Shown here: piece by piece, positions 1 through 12,325 of the stretch | How positions within the stretch are numbered: the first letter of the stretch is position 1 | Layout: each line of letters starts with the position of its first letter | Assembly (NCBI GenBank): GCA_963811105.1 | Contig: CAWEPZ010000011.1 | Coordinates: 32,001-96,000 of the forward strand | Length of the DNA: 64,000 nucleotides | Source: Candidatus Bathyarchaeota archaeon | GTDB taxonomy: Archaea; Thermoproteota; Bathyarchaeia; Bathyarchaeales; Bathycorpusculaceae | Direction: 5' to 3' | Program-made: the position numbers and the translations under genes | The notes under the pieces: generated by a model | Databases searched by the model: none | Told to the model about the DNA's origin: nothing | What the model saw: only the letters and a program-made list of their open reading frames with translations

Positions 1-1123
1 AGCTGAACATTTCTTCTGCTCGCTTTCTAGCATTTTGACCCATCTGAAGCAAGTCTCTTCGTCGAGTAATAGCGCCCTAACATGAGATGTAAGTTGATCA
101 ATGTTTCCCCATTCGGCAAGAAACCAGTTTTACCGTGAACTATCGCTTCACTATTTGCCCCAACATCGTAAGCAACAACTGGTTTTCCAGTGAGCCATTG
201 CTTGTATAACCGAGTAACTCATAGCTTCTGGCCACAAAGACGGCAAAAGAAGCAAATAACTTGATCTAAATATCTCCTGCAATTCCTCCTTATTCCAAAC
301 ATAACCTTGAGTTTCAAAAGTTTCCTCGCAGTTCTGTTTGACCAACCCAAAGAAAGCGGACATCAGGAAACTCTGGCTTAAGATTTTTTGAAACTTGCAC
401 AAAATGGTGAATCCCTTTTTGCCTGTTGATATTGTATAGAGAGAAAAAGCACAGTTTTTGGTTTATTAAAAGAATGTAGGGGTTTGATAACGTTCAAATC
501 AACCCCATTATATATCACATGAACCTTACAAATATCGAAAAATCTTCGCCATCATTTTCTTTAAAAACAGATTATCGCTTACTACAGCTGAAGCATGATT
601 GAGTTTCGTCCTGATATTATTTATCTTAAGCATAGAAAGTTGCGTAAAAGGTAAATAAGCGATAGAAGGTATGAAAGAAGGTATTTCTCCGACAAACTTT
701 GCACGTTTTGCCAAGCAAAGACCACAACTCTTGCTTGGTCCATCACAAGGAGACTCGGTTATCTCATTAAAGAGACAACTTAACGGACAAACAGGCCAAA
801 GAATCTGAGCCTGAGCAATCGTTGGTATCCTTGAAAGCACACCTGCCCAAAAAGCGGAAAAATCAAAATCATACCAATTCATTATCAGGTCTGGTCGAAT
901 TTTTTCAATCTGCCGCTTATATGCACTAACAACTTTGGGGGCCAATACCGACTGCGAAACCCATGGATTCAAAAGACTCCACTTACGTGGGCGGTCACGT
1001 TGTACAAACATTTAGTTACAAGAATACCTTTATCTGAAAAAAAATGGTCTACTAATCGTGCAATTTTAGGTTCTCCACCAGGCCAAGATGGTCAAGTACA
1101 ACACCTGTAAAGAGAATTTTCAT
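1..1123 (-). CDS. GT4 glycosyltransferase, frameshifted, 3' end beyond window edge
   Basis: ATG at 1123 (MKILFTG). Fragments 526..1011 and 151..402 carry WPVCP...C and LLPSLWPEAMSYSVIQAMA (GT4-like acceptor and nucleotide-binding segments). Joined across several single-base indels. Confidence 0.75.
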
Positions 1124-1449
1124 CCTTGAACCCATCCCCTTCATGGCAAAAAACCCATCGTTATCACTTCTCGAGGTTTAATATTTGAGCTTATATCTAT
1201 CAACTACAAAAATCTTTAATTAATGTACTTCATTAGAAAGAACGCAATCATGGTACACCATTCTGATAGAGATTATAAACAGACTTACCCAAATCCTCGA
1301 AAGAATTCAATACTCTTGCCATTTTATGACCTTCGAAATTTAATACTGAAGATATACTATTTAGATTCTTGCTCGGAAAGAAACGCATAAAAGTTAAGAG
1401 GGAATTTTAACCGATTAATTATCGCTAAATAATTCGCGAGTGATAAATA

Positions 1450-2447
1450 TTATTTTTCTAAATGCAACTTTCTTCGAGAATATTTATATGTCTGTTCAAT
1501 TTTCCATTTCAATGACGATCTTTCCATCGTAAGGAAAGGGGGGCTGAATTTTTTGTAGGCTCTTTGGTTTTGTGTCCAGTCATCTTTCAGCAGCTCTTTT
1601 AGAATTTTATTACATTTGGGATCTTCACTTTTAAGTGGGGGGATATATGCATCGGGAAAATACGGAATATCGACAAAAAGCTTTGAAGCAGCTATTCTAT
1701 ATGCTTCTAGTTTTGGATTTAATACTTTTGCAAATCCGGATAACGCAGACTGGTTCTTGATAAGATACTTGCATCTTGACAATAATAAACAATCAAGGAC
1801 AGCATGATCTCCTTTTGAATATGAATCCGTTTTCTCAAGGTTTCTCCAAAACCCTACTTCACCTGTTTCGATAACTCTTTTGTCTGTATAATTCTCTTTA
1901 ATTGCCTGCTTTATGCCTAATTCATCAGACGCAATAAAAATTGTGTCAATATCCCGATGGTTATCGACGAAGTCATTAATTAAGCTTAGAAAATCGTCAT
2001 GGGAAACAGGATTAGTTTGCTTATAGTCTTTGTTCTTATCGGTTCCTCTATAATGTAAACCAAGTGCCCGATTCATATCGCCAAATGATTCCGCATGTTT
2101 CAGGATTCGAGGGGGATACAAAAATACGCATTCCATATCTTGTTGAGATCAGCCCACTGATTACCCAAAACACTCGCAAAATGGTATCTCAGATCTCTCA
2201 AATCGATATCTTTTTTTGTTTGATTATTTTTTGTTTTATAACTTAGATCAAATATCCCAGGTATAACATTGAAATCTGGTTCGATCCCGTAAACCAAGGA
2301 AGTTATCTTCCAATCTGGAAAAATTTGATCTTGATAGAGTTTGGGGAGAACTTCAAATACGCCTAAGACAATTTGCCCAAAAATACCTTCTGTTAAAAGG
2401 TGTGGCGGAGTAAAAATGATCCAATTTTCGGTTGCCATTTCAAACAA
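1450..2447 (-). CDS. NodZ/GT23-like (fucosyltransferase-type) glycosyltransferase, one frameshift near 2110
   Basis: Motifs LGLHYRGTDK, IFIASDE and AVLDCLLLSRCKYLIKNQSALS. Overlapping ORFs 2100..2447 and 1450..2136. Confidence 0.65.
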
Positions 2448-2628
2448 ACCTTAACAAATCTTTTTTTACCATGTTTGAACCCGAAGTCTTTAAAATTTTA
2501 GTCCACCGGGGTGGTCGAGAAAAAGTGGAAAATGTTTCCAACTTATTTATCCAACATTGATCATTTCGAAAAAAATGAAAATTGATTTGACACATGCTTC
2601 ATATTGAAAATTACTGGATAAATAAGTT

Positions 2629-3793
2629 CTATCTTGCTCGGCCGCCTTTCTTTAATGAGGTAATTATTTTCTCGAATTCTTGTTCGGTCATGAACGGAAA
2701 CATTGGAAGTGAAAGAATCTTGGAATACAATGCTTCTGCTTGCGGAAAATCTCCTTTTCGGTATTTTGTAGTTTTTTTGTAGTAGGAAAAAATGTGTAGA
2801 GGGGGATAGTGAACTCCTGTTGTTATGCCCTCTTTTTTCAGAAAATCATAAAGTTTGTCTCTTTTCAAAGGGTACTGTTTTTCAACTTTGACTTCTAACA
2901 GATGGAAAACGCCTTGTCGATAGATGTCAGATTCTGGATCATGGAGCATTTCAATGCCGTCGATTTTTTCTAACTCTTCTTTATACCTTTTTGCTATTTT
3001 CCGTCTAGATTCAATGATAAGGTCAAGTTTTTCCATTTGTTTAAGTCCGATTACAGCCTCAATTTCGCTCATCCTAAAATTGAAGCCTAAATCAGTAACG
3101 TCGTAACGCCAATGAGCGAACTTTTCCTTTGGAGTCTTGCTTTGACCATGATTTCTTATTAAGAGAGCTCTGTCTTTAACTTTTTCACTACTTGTGACAA
3201 GCATCCCTCCTTCTCCCGTCGTCATATTTTTTGTAGCATAAAAACTAAAACAACCTGCATCTCCAAAACTGCCAACTTTCTTATCTCCAAATTTTGCACC
3301 GACAGACTGAGCGCAGTCCTCCACCATTCTTAAGTCTATGTTTCTTGACCAATGGACCGATCTGTTTCATGTTGCATGGAAAACCATACAGGTGAACGGG
3401 TATGACACATTTGATTTTGTCATTTTCTTCGAGTTGGGTTGCTAACTTTGCCGCATCAAGTTCGCCGTCTTCTCCTACGTCGCAGAACAAGACTTCAGCC
3501 CCTAGCCATCTAACAACATTCGCGGTTGCGACGAAAGTATTTACTGGAACCACAACCGAGTCGCCATTTTTTATTCCTAATCCATCCAAAGCTAAGTACA
3601 AAGCGGAGGTACAAGAATCAGTAGCTACACCATATTTAGACGATATATAATTTGCAAAGGCTTCTTCAAACTTTATCGTTTTTGGACCCATGGTCAGCCA
3701 ACCAGATTCAAGAACTTCTCGAATTGAATCTAATACCTCAGCGCCTATAGTATTTTGAGGCTTGTACAATGGAATATGGTCTACAATATTCAA
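2629..3793 (-). CDS. DegT/DnrJ/EryC1/StrS PLP-dependent sugar aminotransferase, frameshift near 3330
   Basis: ESGWLTMGP, SCTSALYLAL, PVHLYG, EDCAQS, FSFYATKNMTTGEGGM, GFNFRMSE and LSLPMFP. The N-half lies in ORF 3281..4723. Confidence 0.9.
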
Positions 3794-4723
3794 TACCTCC
3801 AATGATAGATTTATTATCTTTTTAACTTTTACTAAGTTTTCTTGTACAAAGGTGTCGGTTTTCGGAGCATAAGTTAGGCTTCGCTCGGGCCAATTCTCCC
3901 GAAGACCATTGACAGTCGGAGAAGTTTTGAGCTCACAGATTTCGCCCTTGATAGCAACGAAAGTAAGATGATCCGGATGATGAATTCCAGGCTTTCCAAA
4001 ATTCATATGTGCTGGATTAAAGCATTCGTAAATAGAAGAAAAACCTGCTTTGCTGAGTAAGTTGATTAAGGATGGCCGGGTGAACCAGAAACTAGTCATA
4101 TTATCTATTGAGTAAAAGAGACGTTTCGCTTTCTCCTCTGCTGTGGCATTTTCAGGGTGTTCCCGGAATATGGTGCCCCAGTATTCGTCATTGTTATACT
4201 CTACCCGCTCGATTGGCTCAAGAGCTACCCGGACATCAAGTACTATAAGTCTATTTACCATCTCATACATAGTTTTGATAAGGTTAATTGCATCAATAGC
4301 GGGCAAATGATAGAAAACGCCACTGCAAATAATTGCATCAAATTTTCCATAAGACGCAACAGATATTTTTCTAATATCATCTTGTCGAAACTCTAAGTTT
4401 TTTAGGTTTAGAACTTCTTTGCTGAATATGGCTTTCTTAATATTGGCTTCTCTTGCTTCCACGCCAATTGTGTCTGCCCCATGTAATGCAAATTCGATGG
4501 AGAACATCCCATCCGAACATCCTAAATCGAGAATGCGGGATTCAGAAATTGGCTTCTGAGATAGATCGTTCACAATTTGGACTATTTTCCTAAGTCTTGT
4601 CTGGGGTATCCCCTGATTTCCTTTAGTCCAGATGCCAAAAGGAAGAGGAATGTCAAAGTTCCATTCGCCATATTTAAGTTTAAGTTCATCAAGTTCTTGC
4701 TGAATCTGTTCTTTGGTGTACAT
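3794..4723 (-). CDS. Class I SAM-dependent methyltransferase, reads in frame into the DegT gene
   Basis: ILDLGCSDG motif I and FDAIICSGVFYHL. No stop codon before the DegT domain. Confidence 0.8.
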
Positions 4724-4803
4724 TATTCTGGGCTCTCCTAACTTTATCCGTTTAGGTAATTATTTTAATCTTTCTTCCATAAGAATAATATGTCGAAAAC
4801 TTA

Positions 4804-5978
4804 TCATCTTAAGTTTTCTTTGACAAAGTCTTCGAATTTTCGACCCAAGTAATATCCAAATCGGCGCCTGTCTTTTTGGCGAAAAATGGAAACTTAGAAA
4901 TGGAAACGAAAGAAAAGCTTTCACACCACGAATCTCATAGGCCCTAAGTGGATTTGACAAAACTGAACAGTGAGAAATAGCCAAGCGCAGATGCCCATCA
5001 GTTTATAGAAGAATAATCGCTCGGAAATGTTTCCATCAAAATACTTTAGGTATTCTTGAATAAATCGATCAGCGGTTTTTTCACCAAAGTCTGCTCGCGC
5101 GCGAGTATATGCCATTGCAACATCATATGCTGGATCCCCTATTTCGGCATCTTCCCAATCCATCACAACCATTTTTGAGTTTTTAGTCATGACTATATTG
5201 AAGTGTGCACGGTAATCGCCATGAAGAAGACAGTATTTAGTCACAAGAATTATTGGAGATATTTGACTCAAGCCAACGAATCGCCAATTCAAAATCTTTC
5301 TTTAATCTTTTGTTATGACTAGGATAGAGATTCAGAAATCTCTTAAGGTAAAGAAGACACCGCTTTGCAAATCCAAACGGCCTTCAGGGGATTTGAGAGT
5401 GCCAATACTTAAGGTGTTTATATCCAATCTATGAAGCCAAACAAGATTTTTTGCAAATTGATCCATATTATTTGAAAAGTTTTGACTCAATTCCTCTTTT
5501 TCCATTACTATGAAAGGAGAACCAAAAAAATTTAAATCACTTTCGTAAAAAAAAGCTTTCGGAACTGGAAACCCAACACGTTTAAGACTAGTCAAAATCT
5601 GAAATTCTTTTAAGCATCTTTCGAGATTTTCATTAGTGGTATATCTTCTTAGAATTGGATCTAAAGACTCTGCCGTAAGCTTTAAAAATAAGGGAACTTT
5701 GTTGCTGAAAATCCCCATCCTGATATGATAAGCAAAAAGGAATAAACATGATTACCCTTATCACGTTTACTTAATTTTCTTACATCTGATATCTTAATGG
5801 AAGTGGCTCCATCTGGAAGAAAGCCTAATTTATCATGAGGCACAATTGCAGAAAAGTATTCTGCAAGTTTCTTTGAAAAATAAACCTCGCTCAATAGTAT
5901 TCTCTTCTCAAAATTAGTTAGATTTGCAAGAATTGTCTTATTTTTATTAAGTATCATTTTAAGAAAGGAAAATTCCAT
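4804..5978 (-). CDS. APH/choline-kinase-like phosphotransferase (paralog 1), multiply frameshifted
   Basis: GFPVPKAF, PFIVMEK, LLHGDYRAHFN, VMDWEDAEIGDPAYDVA across ORFs 5682..5978, 5332..5718, 4921..5292 and 4760..4984. Collinear with paralog 2. Confidence 0.8.
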
Positions 5979-6311
5979 AAGGATCGAAAATGGAACCTAA
6001 AGCCCCAAAAAATAGCACTTCAGAATCAAATCTCCAATCATTTCAATTGTTACGTTTCGTCAATCGTTAATAGACTAAAACGTGAAAACTAATACATTAT
6101 GGAGAGTTGGATTGTTGAATATGAATTTTGCTTACGACCATACGTTTCACGAGTCGAAAGATATCGACTCGCAATGGATTTTACGAAATGCCAAAAAACC
6201 ATCTTCAAAGGTAAAGCTTTCTTAGACAGAATTTCAATTCAATAATTTCTATTTCAAACAAAGATTTTTCTTAACCAGTCACAGTACCGTGTGAATTTAA
6301 TAATAAATCCG

Positions 6312-7144
6312 CTACACAAGTCGTCCTAAATTAAAAATCAAATTTGCAATTTGTTTGATCCTTGCTGATTTGTTCAACACTATGAAAGGATTAAGCATAT
6401 TCTTTACCGTCATAATAATGTCATAAGTTGTTCTGATAGTGTTTCGACCATCCAGTACCCTCTTACTTTTCCCTGCATAGTAGCTCCAATTTATTAAATA
6501 GCTCAAAGTCATTCGCTTTGATGGAACAATGTGCATAACCTCTGCATCAGGCAAAAACAAATAATGACAGCAAGATCTTACTCTCCTAATCACCTGGTCC
6601 TCGTCACTTGAATAGAGCTTTCCTTTCATTCGTCCCAGTTTTGGATCGAAAAAGCCTATTTTGTTAAATACGTCTTTTTTAAAAATCATGTTTGCGCCCC
6701 AAATACGCTGGCCATAAATATTTCCCACTCCAGCATAAAACCCAAAATCTTTTAGGTTCCACCAACTTGGCGGTGTTGCCTTATAAAGGGTATTAGGGGA
6801 CCACCCATTAAGTCGGCTCCAGAAACAGTTCCCTTTTGAACGGCTTCGTACCAATGTTGACTCGGCACAGCGTCATCATCTACGAAAGCAACATACTCTC
6901 CTTTTGACTCATTTATCCCAAAATTTCTAGCATAAGCACATCCGCTCTCTTTATCGAATCTTGTAAGTTTTAAGATCGGAGAATCACCCTTAACTCTCAG
7001 AGGAGGATCAGATCCATTATCTATAAGCAATATTTCAAAAGGTGTGACAGACTGATTAAGCAGGCTACGCACCGTTTCCTGAGTGTATAATTGTCTGTTG
7101 TAAGCAACGATTACTACGCTAATTCTGGTTTCCATTTGTAACAC
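6312..7144 (-). CDS. GT2 glycosyltransferase, one frameshift
   Basis: ISVVIVAYNR, IDNGS, ARNFGI, VAFVDDD, then WGANMIF...IGFFDPKLGR in the overlapping frame. Confidence 0.85.
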
Positions 7145-7509
7145 ATTAGTTTAATGATTCGTAACACATACTTTTAATGATTTAGTAAAAAAAACATCAC
7201 TCTAAATTATGAACTTTCAAAAAATTAACTTCTTTCAATTCATGTTTTTTCTCGCGACCAATGTGCGGCTAATCGAATATTTTGAAACTCACCATATCCG
7301 GATAAACAACCCGAAAAATCTGTTCCTAAAGCAGTATCTGTTATGTCTGCGACAACTCAAAAGTCTACCGGTTGTATAGAACATTTCTGAAGTCTTTATT
7401 AGGCGTACTCTGAAATTCTGCCTTTTTGTGTTCTTCTTATTGTCGACTTGTATTACACGTTTTTTAACGCACTGGCTGATCTTTGATGCTTTGAGATTTT
7501 TTATCCTCT

Positions 7510-8235
7510 TTAAAAAGGATAACAAGATTCTTTTCGTTCTTTTCTATTAAATTTGTAGGATTTTGTAGCATTATTTAATTCTTCAGCACACCCAACTCTG
7601 AAATTATCGTGTAACTCAATAACGATGACCTTTGTTTTTTTGAGCCACTTTTCATAGTTAGCACTAAACAATTCTTTTTCAGCTCCTTCTACATCTATTT
7701 TGAAGATGTCAATAGTGTCTATTTTGCCCAGATCGACTAATCTGTCGACAGTTAAGGCAGAAACGCATTCAGGATTCTTATCTTTTGAAGATTTCACAGT
7801 TTGGAATGCCCATTTTTCAGCGGTCGCATCAAGAATTTGCAAATCTTCTTCTCTGTGCCATAAAGCAGCCCGGATAGGAATGATATTTCGATAATATCTT
7901 ACGTTTCTAAGTAGCATTTCAAAATTGCTTTCTTCAGGTTCTACTGCGAAAATTCTGGCCAGGGGGTAAGTAATGGCGAAGAAAATGCTGGCATATCCAA
8001 CATTTGCCCCACCATCGATTATTGTGCTTGGATGTAGATTCAGAAAGCCCAATCTATAATTTTTTCGAATAAAAACTTGGGCAAAAACTTCTTTATCAGT
8101 TGTGTTTATTCTAATTCGTAAAATATGAGTGCAAAGCTTCCAAAATAGGGAGATGCTAGAAAGCAACCCAAATAAACGCCTGTGCATAAGGAAAAAAGAA
8201 AACCACAATGAAATTGAACCACGAACGCGCATCAA
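7510..8235 (-). CDS. FkbM family methyltransferase
   Basis: IIDGGANVG, AVEPEESNF, KIDVEGAE and VIELHD. Confidence 0.9.
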   Translation of the reverse strand: MMRVRGSISLWFSFFLMHRRLFGLLSSISLFWKLCTHILRIRINTTDKEVFAQVFIRKNYRLGFLNLHPSTIIDGGANVGYASIFFAITYPLARIFAVEPEESNFEMLLRNVRYYRNIIPIRAALWHREEDLQILDATAEKWAFQTVKSSKDKNPECVSALTVDRLVDLGKIDTIDIFKIDVEGAEKELFSANYEKWLKKTKVIVIELHDNFRVGCAEELNNATKSYKFNRKERKESCYPF

Positions 8236-8272
8236 CGTGATATAATACGTTTGGGTTTCTGCCTTTTACATT

Positions 8273-8340
8273 TTAACGTTTAACTGTTGTTTCGAGGAAG
8301 TTTTCGAAATATTTTAGACAAAGGACGTCGCCTTCGGCTG
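8273..8340 (-). pseudogene. 3'-terminal relic of a third APH-like phosphotransferase paralog
   Basis: Translates as AEGDVLCLKYFENFLETTVKR*, versus AEGDLLWLKYFENFLKETLKR* at the end of 9976..10872. The DNA is clearly alignable. Confidence 0.8.
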
Positions 8341-8487
8341 ACTTTTTCCTGATCATTTTTGTCGAAATCGCCTCGAACGATTTTTTAATGCAATAGCTGA
8401 TTCTGATTGACTAAATTCTGTTCTATTAATGTCAATAAATGAAAACTAGTAAGCACAGATTTGAAACAAACCAATTGTTCAAAAATA

Positions 8488-9432
8488 CTACCAAAGGAAC
8501 CTTCCACTACGGCGCAATGAGCCTCTTACTGACGGATCCCATAGCGGTCCAATGTCTCTATCCTTGATTCTTCGCGCCTCTTGTATTGAGTATCTCTTTT
8601 GAAGCAATTTGCGCAGATTCTTGAGAATCCAGACGGCAATTCGTACACTATCAATCTGTGAATTTCTAAAGTCAGCGTAGCAAAAACCAATTATCGCTAC
8701 GGTAATTCTTGGTGTTTCTTCCAATAGAGTAGATATTTCAAAATTCTTTATGAAAGAACTGAGGCGATTCTTGAAATCATGAAATCTGAAGAGCCTCGCT
8801 CCTTTGCCTTTACGTAGAAGACCTGGGCAGTGATAGACTGTTGCATCCGAATCCGATATACCCACAACCTTGTAACCCAATAACCAAGTCCTCCAACCCA
8901 GATCTTGGTCATCATAACCAACAAAATAGTCATCGTCGAACCCACCTAATTGGTGCCACACCTTGTTTCTCACAATAAATGATGCACCAAGAGCATATAG
9001 CTTCACTCTTTCCATAGAAGACGATCCCCAAGCGATTTGTGAGATGATATTAGCCTCTGCAATTCCTACATTGGAATCAGACTCCATTGCATCAACAAGT
9101 CTCTGAAGCCAGAGTGAGGTAACTTTCACATCTGGATCGAGAAATGCAAAGTAGTTACTTTCTTTATAGCTGGCGCCCAGGTTTCTTGCTTTGCATAAAC
9201 CTAAATTCTCAGATAAAAAAACCTTGGTAAGCCGATGATCATCAAAAGCGTTCATAAGGGCTCTGCTTTTATCCGTCGACGAATTGTCAATGAATATCAC
9301 TTGAAAATTCGAATATTTCGTTGCAAGAACTGAAGCCATAAGATCTTCAAGATATTTCTCATGATTGTAATTAACAATAACAATTGAGACTGATGGTACT
9401 CTCGGCATAAGAACCTCAACCTTGGTAAACAC
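8488..9432 (-). CDS. GT2 glycosyltransferase
   Basis: VSIVIVNYN, IDNSSTD, ARNLGA, FLDPD and GGFDDDYFVGYDDQDLGWR. Intact ORF. Confidence 0.9.
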   Translation of the reverse strand: MFTKVEVLMPRVPSVSIVIVNYNHEKYLEDLMASVLATKYSNFQVIFIDNSSTDKSRALMNAFDDHRLTKVFLSENLGLCKARNLGASYKESNYFAFLDPDVKVTSLWLQRLVDAMESDSNVGIAEANIISQIAWGSSSMERVKLYALGASFIVRNKVWHQLGGFDDDYFVGYDDQDLGWRTWLLGYKVVGISDSDATVYHCPGLLRKGKGARLFRFHDFKNRLSSFIKNFEISTLLEETPRITVAIIGFCYADFRNSQIDSVRIAVWILKNLRKLLQKRYSIQEARRIKDRDIGPLWDPSVRGSLRRSGRFLW

Positions 9433-9975
9433 TGTAAATTACTCTTAGTTAAAGTGCGCCAGAATGCCCCGTCCTTTATGTTATGTGGTAGATGGCCTAT
9501 AATTGTTGATAATATCATTTTGCAGGACCGTCACGCAGAGTAACTAAAAGGGTAGTCAATGCGCCTATTAATTGCAGTATCTAGCAAATTTTTATTTGAT
9601 AAATTGGTGAATGTTATCCGACAAGCGTTATATTCGAAAAAAATAACTCGGGTCTATATTTAATACCTCCTTGCTCGCGAAGTATTATATTGGGCTTCGT
9701 ATGCTGCTCAAGAGTTACGAATTAACCTAAAATGAAAAAGCGGTAAGAATGCCAAGTGCATTAACTGCTTTGTTTTGAAAAGCAATTCAGACGTTAGCAT
9801 ACCTAATTATGCGCTGTCTGGTGTACAAGCTATGGTCGTTAGGCAATATTCATTGGGAAGAATAACTTCAATAAAAAACAAGACACGAAAATGAACTCTG
9901 GTACAAAGGCGACAAATCGCGCTATATTGTCCCAATATTACTTGTCGAAGAATGTTGGCAAGATTGTAGACTAAT

Positions 9976-11176
9976 CTAGCGTTTTAAGGTTTCTTTGAGA
10001 AAGTTTTCAAAATATTTTAGCCAAAGGAGGTCGCCTTCAGCTGCCAACTGTCGAGCGACAAGGGGCCATCGAATAAATGGAAATCCAAGCAGAATAAAGG
10101 GTCCGCTAAGAAACGGAAATGTAGGTAAAATTTTGCGTCGGTGATATTTGTAGGCGTAAATGGGATTTGATAAGCCCGAGCTGTAGTAAATGGATGTTCC
10201 TAAGATTCCAACCATCTTGTAGAATTCAAGTCTCCGACTAATATCTCCATGGAAGTTCCTCTTGTATTCTGAGACAAATCGTTCGGCAGTTTTCTCAGCT
10301 GAATTTGGATTTTTCGGGTTACTGAAAAATTTAACAAAGTGATATGCATAACCAACATCATATGCTGGATCGCCTATTTCAATCGAATCCCAATCTAACA
10401 CAATCATTCTAGAATCTTTAGTTACACAGACATTACCTGGGTGGTAATCCCCATGAGCTAGACAGTATTGTGGGCAAGAGTTGTTTGAAACATTTGAATT
10501 AAGCCACTGTATAGCGAGATCAAAATCTTTTTTGAGTTTTTTGTCATGTTTGGTTTCAAGATTCAGATAGTGCTTGAAATGAATAGGCCAACGTCTGGCG
10601 AACGCATATTCATTCTTGGGAGGTCTAAGAACTGATATTCCTAGCTCGGCCAATTTGAGATTATGAAGATTCGCGAGGGTTGAGGCAAAACAATCTACTA
10701 TCTCATTAATGCTTTTTTGAACCACTTCTTCTTTCTGCATTATTACAAAAGGGTAACCAAGAAACCGAGAATCACACTCACAAAGAAATACTTCTGGGAC
10801 AGGAAAACCAATACGCCCAAGACTTCTTAGAAGCCTGAAATTCTCTAACGCATTTCCTAAGGTCTTCATCATGAATATACGCTTTCAAAACAGGATCGAT
10901 ATTCTCAAGGTAAGTTTTCAAGACAAGATTGCGTTGTTGCGGGGTTCCTCCGTCCACATAAGTAAGAGATATAGAGAATACGTCACTCCAAAACCCTCCA
11001 CCTATCTTTAGGACATTCGAAACCCTAATTGTATGCGCACCTTTGGGTATCAGGTTCGAATTACCGTTACGTGAAGTGGCACGAAGATAGTCCTCGAGTC
11101 TTGAGCCAAGTGCTCTTCCTGAACGGACACGCGCGTTGTAACGAAGTGAGTTGACAATTGTTTTCCTGAACAACAA
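9976..11176 (-). CDS. APH/choline-kinase-like phosphotransferase (paralog 2), one frameshift near 10830
   Basis: KIGGGFWSDVF, LVLKTY, GFPVPEV, HGDYHPGN (Brenner-type motif) and LDWDSIEIGDPAYDVG. Confidence 0.85.
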
Positions 11177-11261
11177 AGAATCACACCAAGAATGGAAGAT
11201 GACTGAGTATAGTACTAATAAAATTAAAAATAGATTGTATAATGTTCTATTCTGTCATAAT

Positions 11262-12276
11262 TTAGACAAGTGAGGAACTGCTTGTTGCTTCATTCAACGA
11301 ATTAATCTCGAAAAATCGGATAAAGTGATCATAAAGAAATTTTGGCTTATATTCAAAACCTTCTGCCCATTTAATACTCATTTTATAACATTTCGTCTAC
11401 ATCTATTGAGGTCGGACATAGAGTCTTATTTGTTGTTTTAAGTTCAGGTGTGACTTTCAAAAGATGAAACTTCTGAAGAGTTGATAGATGTCTTAATAGC
11501 AAATCAAATCTATGATATATAGATGCTATTTCAGAGGACTTCTTGCAGGAGGCTGAGCAAGATTTGCAGGATTGAGTTTAAAGTTGTTATGTTTAGGGTA
11601 GTAAATTAAATCCCAATCGAGTTGGTTTACCATTGTACTAGGATGAATTGTCAAAACAGAAATCTTACGCTTCAGTGTAAGTCGTTGAAGGTGAGAGTGC
11701 TCACGTATTCCACCTTGCCAATTAGCAAGCAGTATTGTAAAGGGATAAAACGTAATTCCGCGATAGCTGATCGGCTCGATGGAGATGTTTGTTGAGAAAT
11801 CATAAGTTATGCCGAGAGTTTTCATAGCTTCAAGATGAGGTGGAGTCCAGCAGTACCCAGGCGCCCGAAATGCAACTATTTGTTTTTTGGGGAAAAGAGC
11901 TCTGGAGTGCATGAATTCCACCGGAGCCTTCAATTTCACCAGTTAACGGATTGATATGAGCGGTTTCTCGAATAAGGGAAGTTTGATAGGCTTCCTCGTA
12001 ACTTTCAACGTCGGTGAATTCAAAAAGGGTAGGGTGAATAGAATGACTGGAAGAGTGATAGCCAATTTGATGCTCGTTTAGCAAGTCTACGGTCGCTGGA
12101 AAGTTGGATAGTTTTTCAGCCATGTTTCCAGTTATGAAGAATAAACCGGTCAGCTCATGTTTTTTCAAGAGCTCCAAGATATTATGCAAGCCTGGAACCG
12201 AGTTTTCACTTATGAAGTCTTCAGTATCGAAGGTCAAGAAAAAACTATGCAGAAGCTTTACACCTCCAAAGTACAA
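11262..12276 (-). CDS. Polysaccharide deacetylase-like protein, frameshifted
   Basis: LTFDTED, GLFFITG, IGYHSSSH, AFRAPG, YDFS and LTIHP. The real start may be CTG at 12252, 8 nt after GGAGGTG. Confidence 0.75.
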
Positions 12277-12325
12277 ACATTCAAACAGTCTATAGCATGC
12301 GATTTTTTACGATTGCAATTTCAGA

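Noticed and set aside
6150-6171. Perfect 8-bp hairpin CGAGTCGA-N6-TCGACTCG in a spacer
   Set aside because: Single occurrence with no adjacent T-tract or second copy; compatible with chance.
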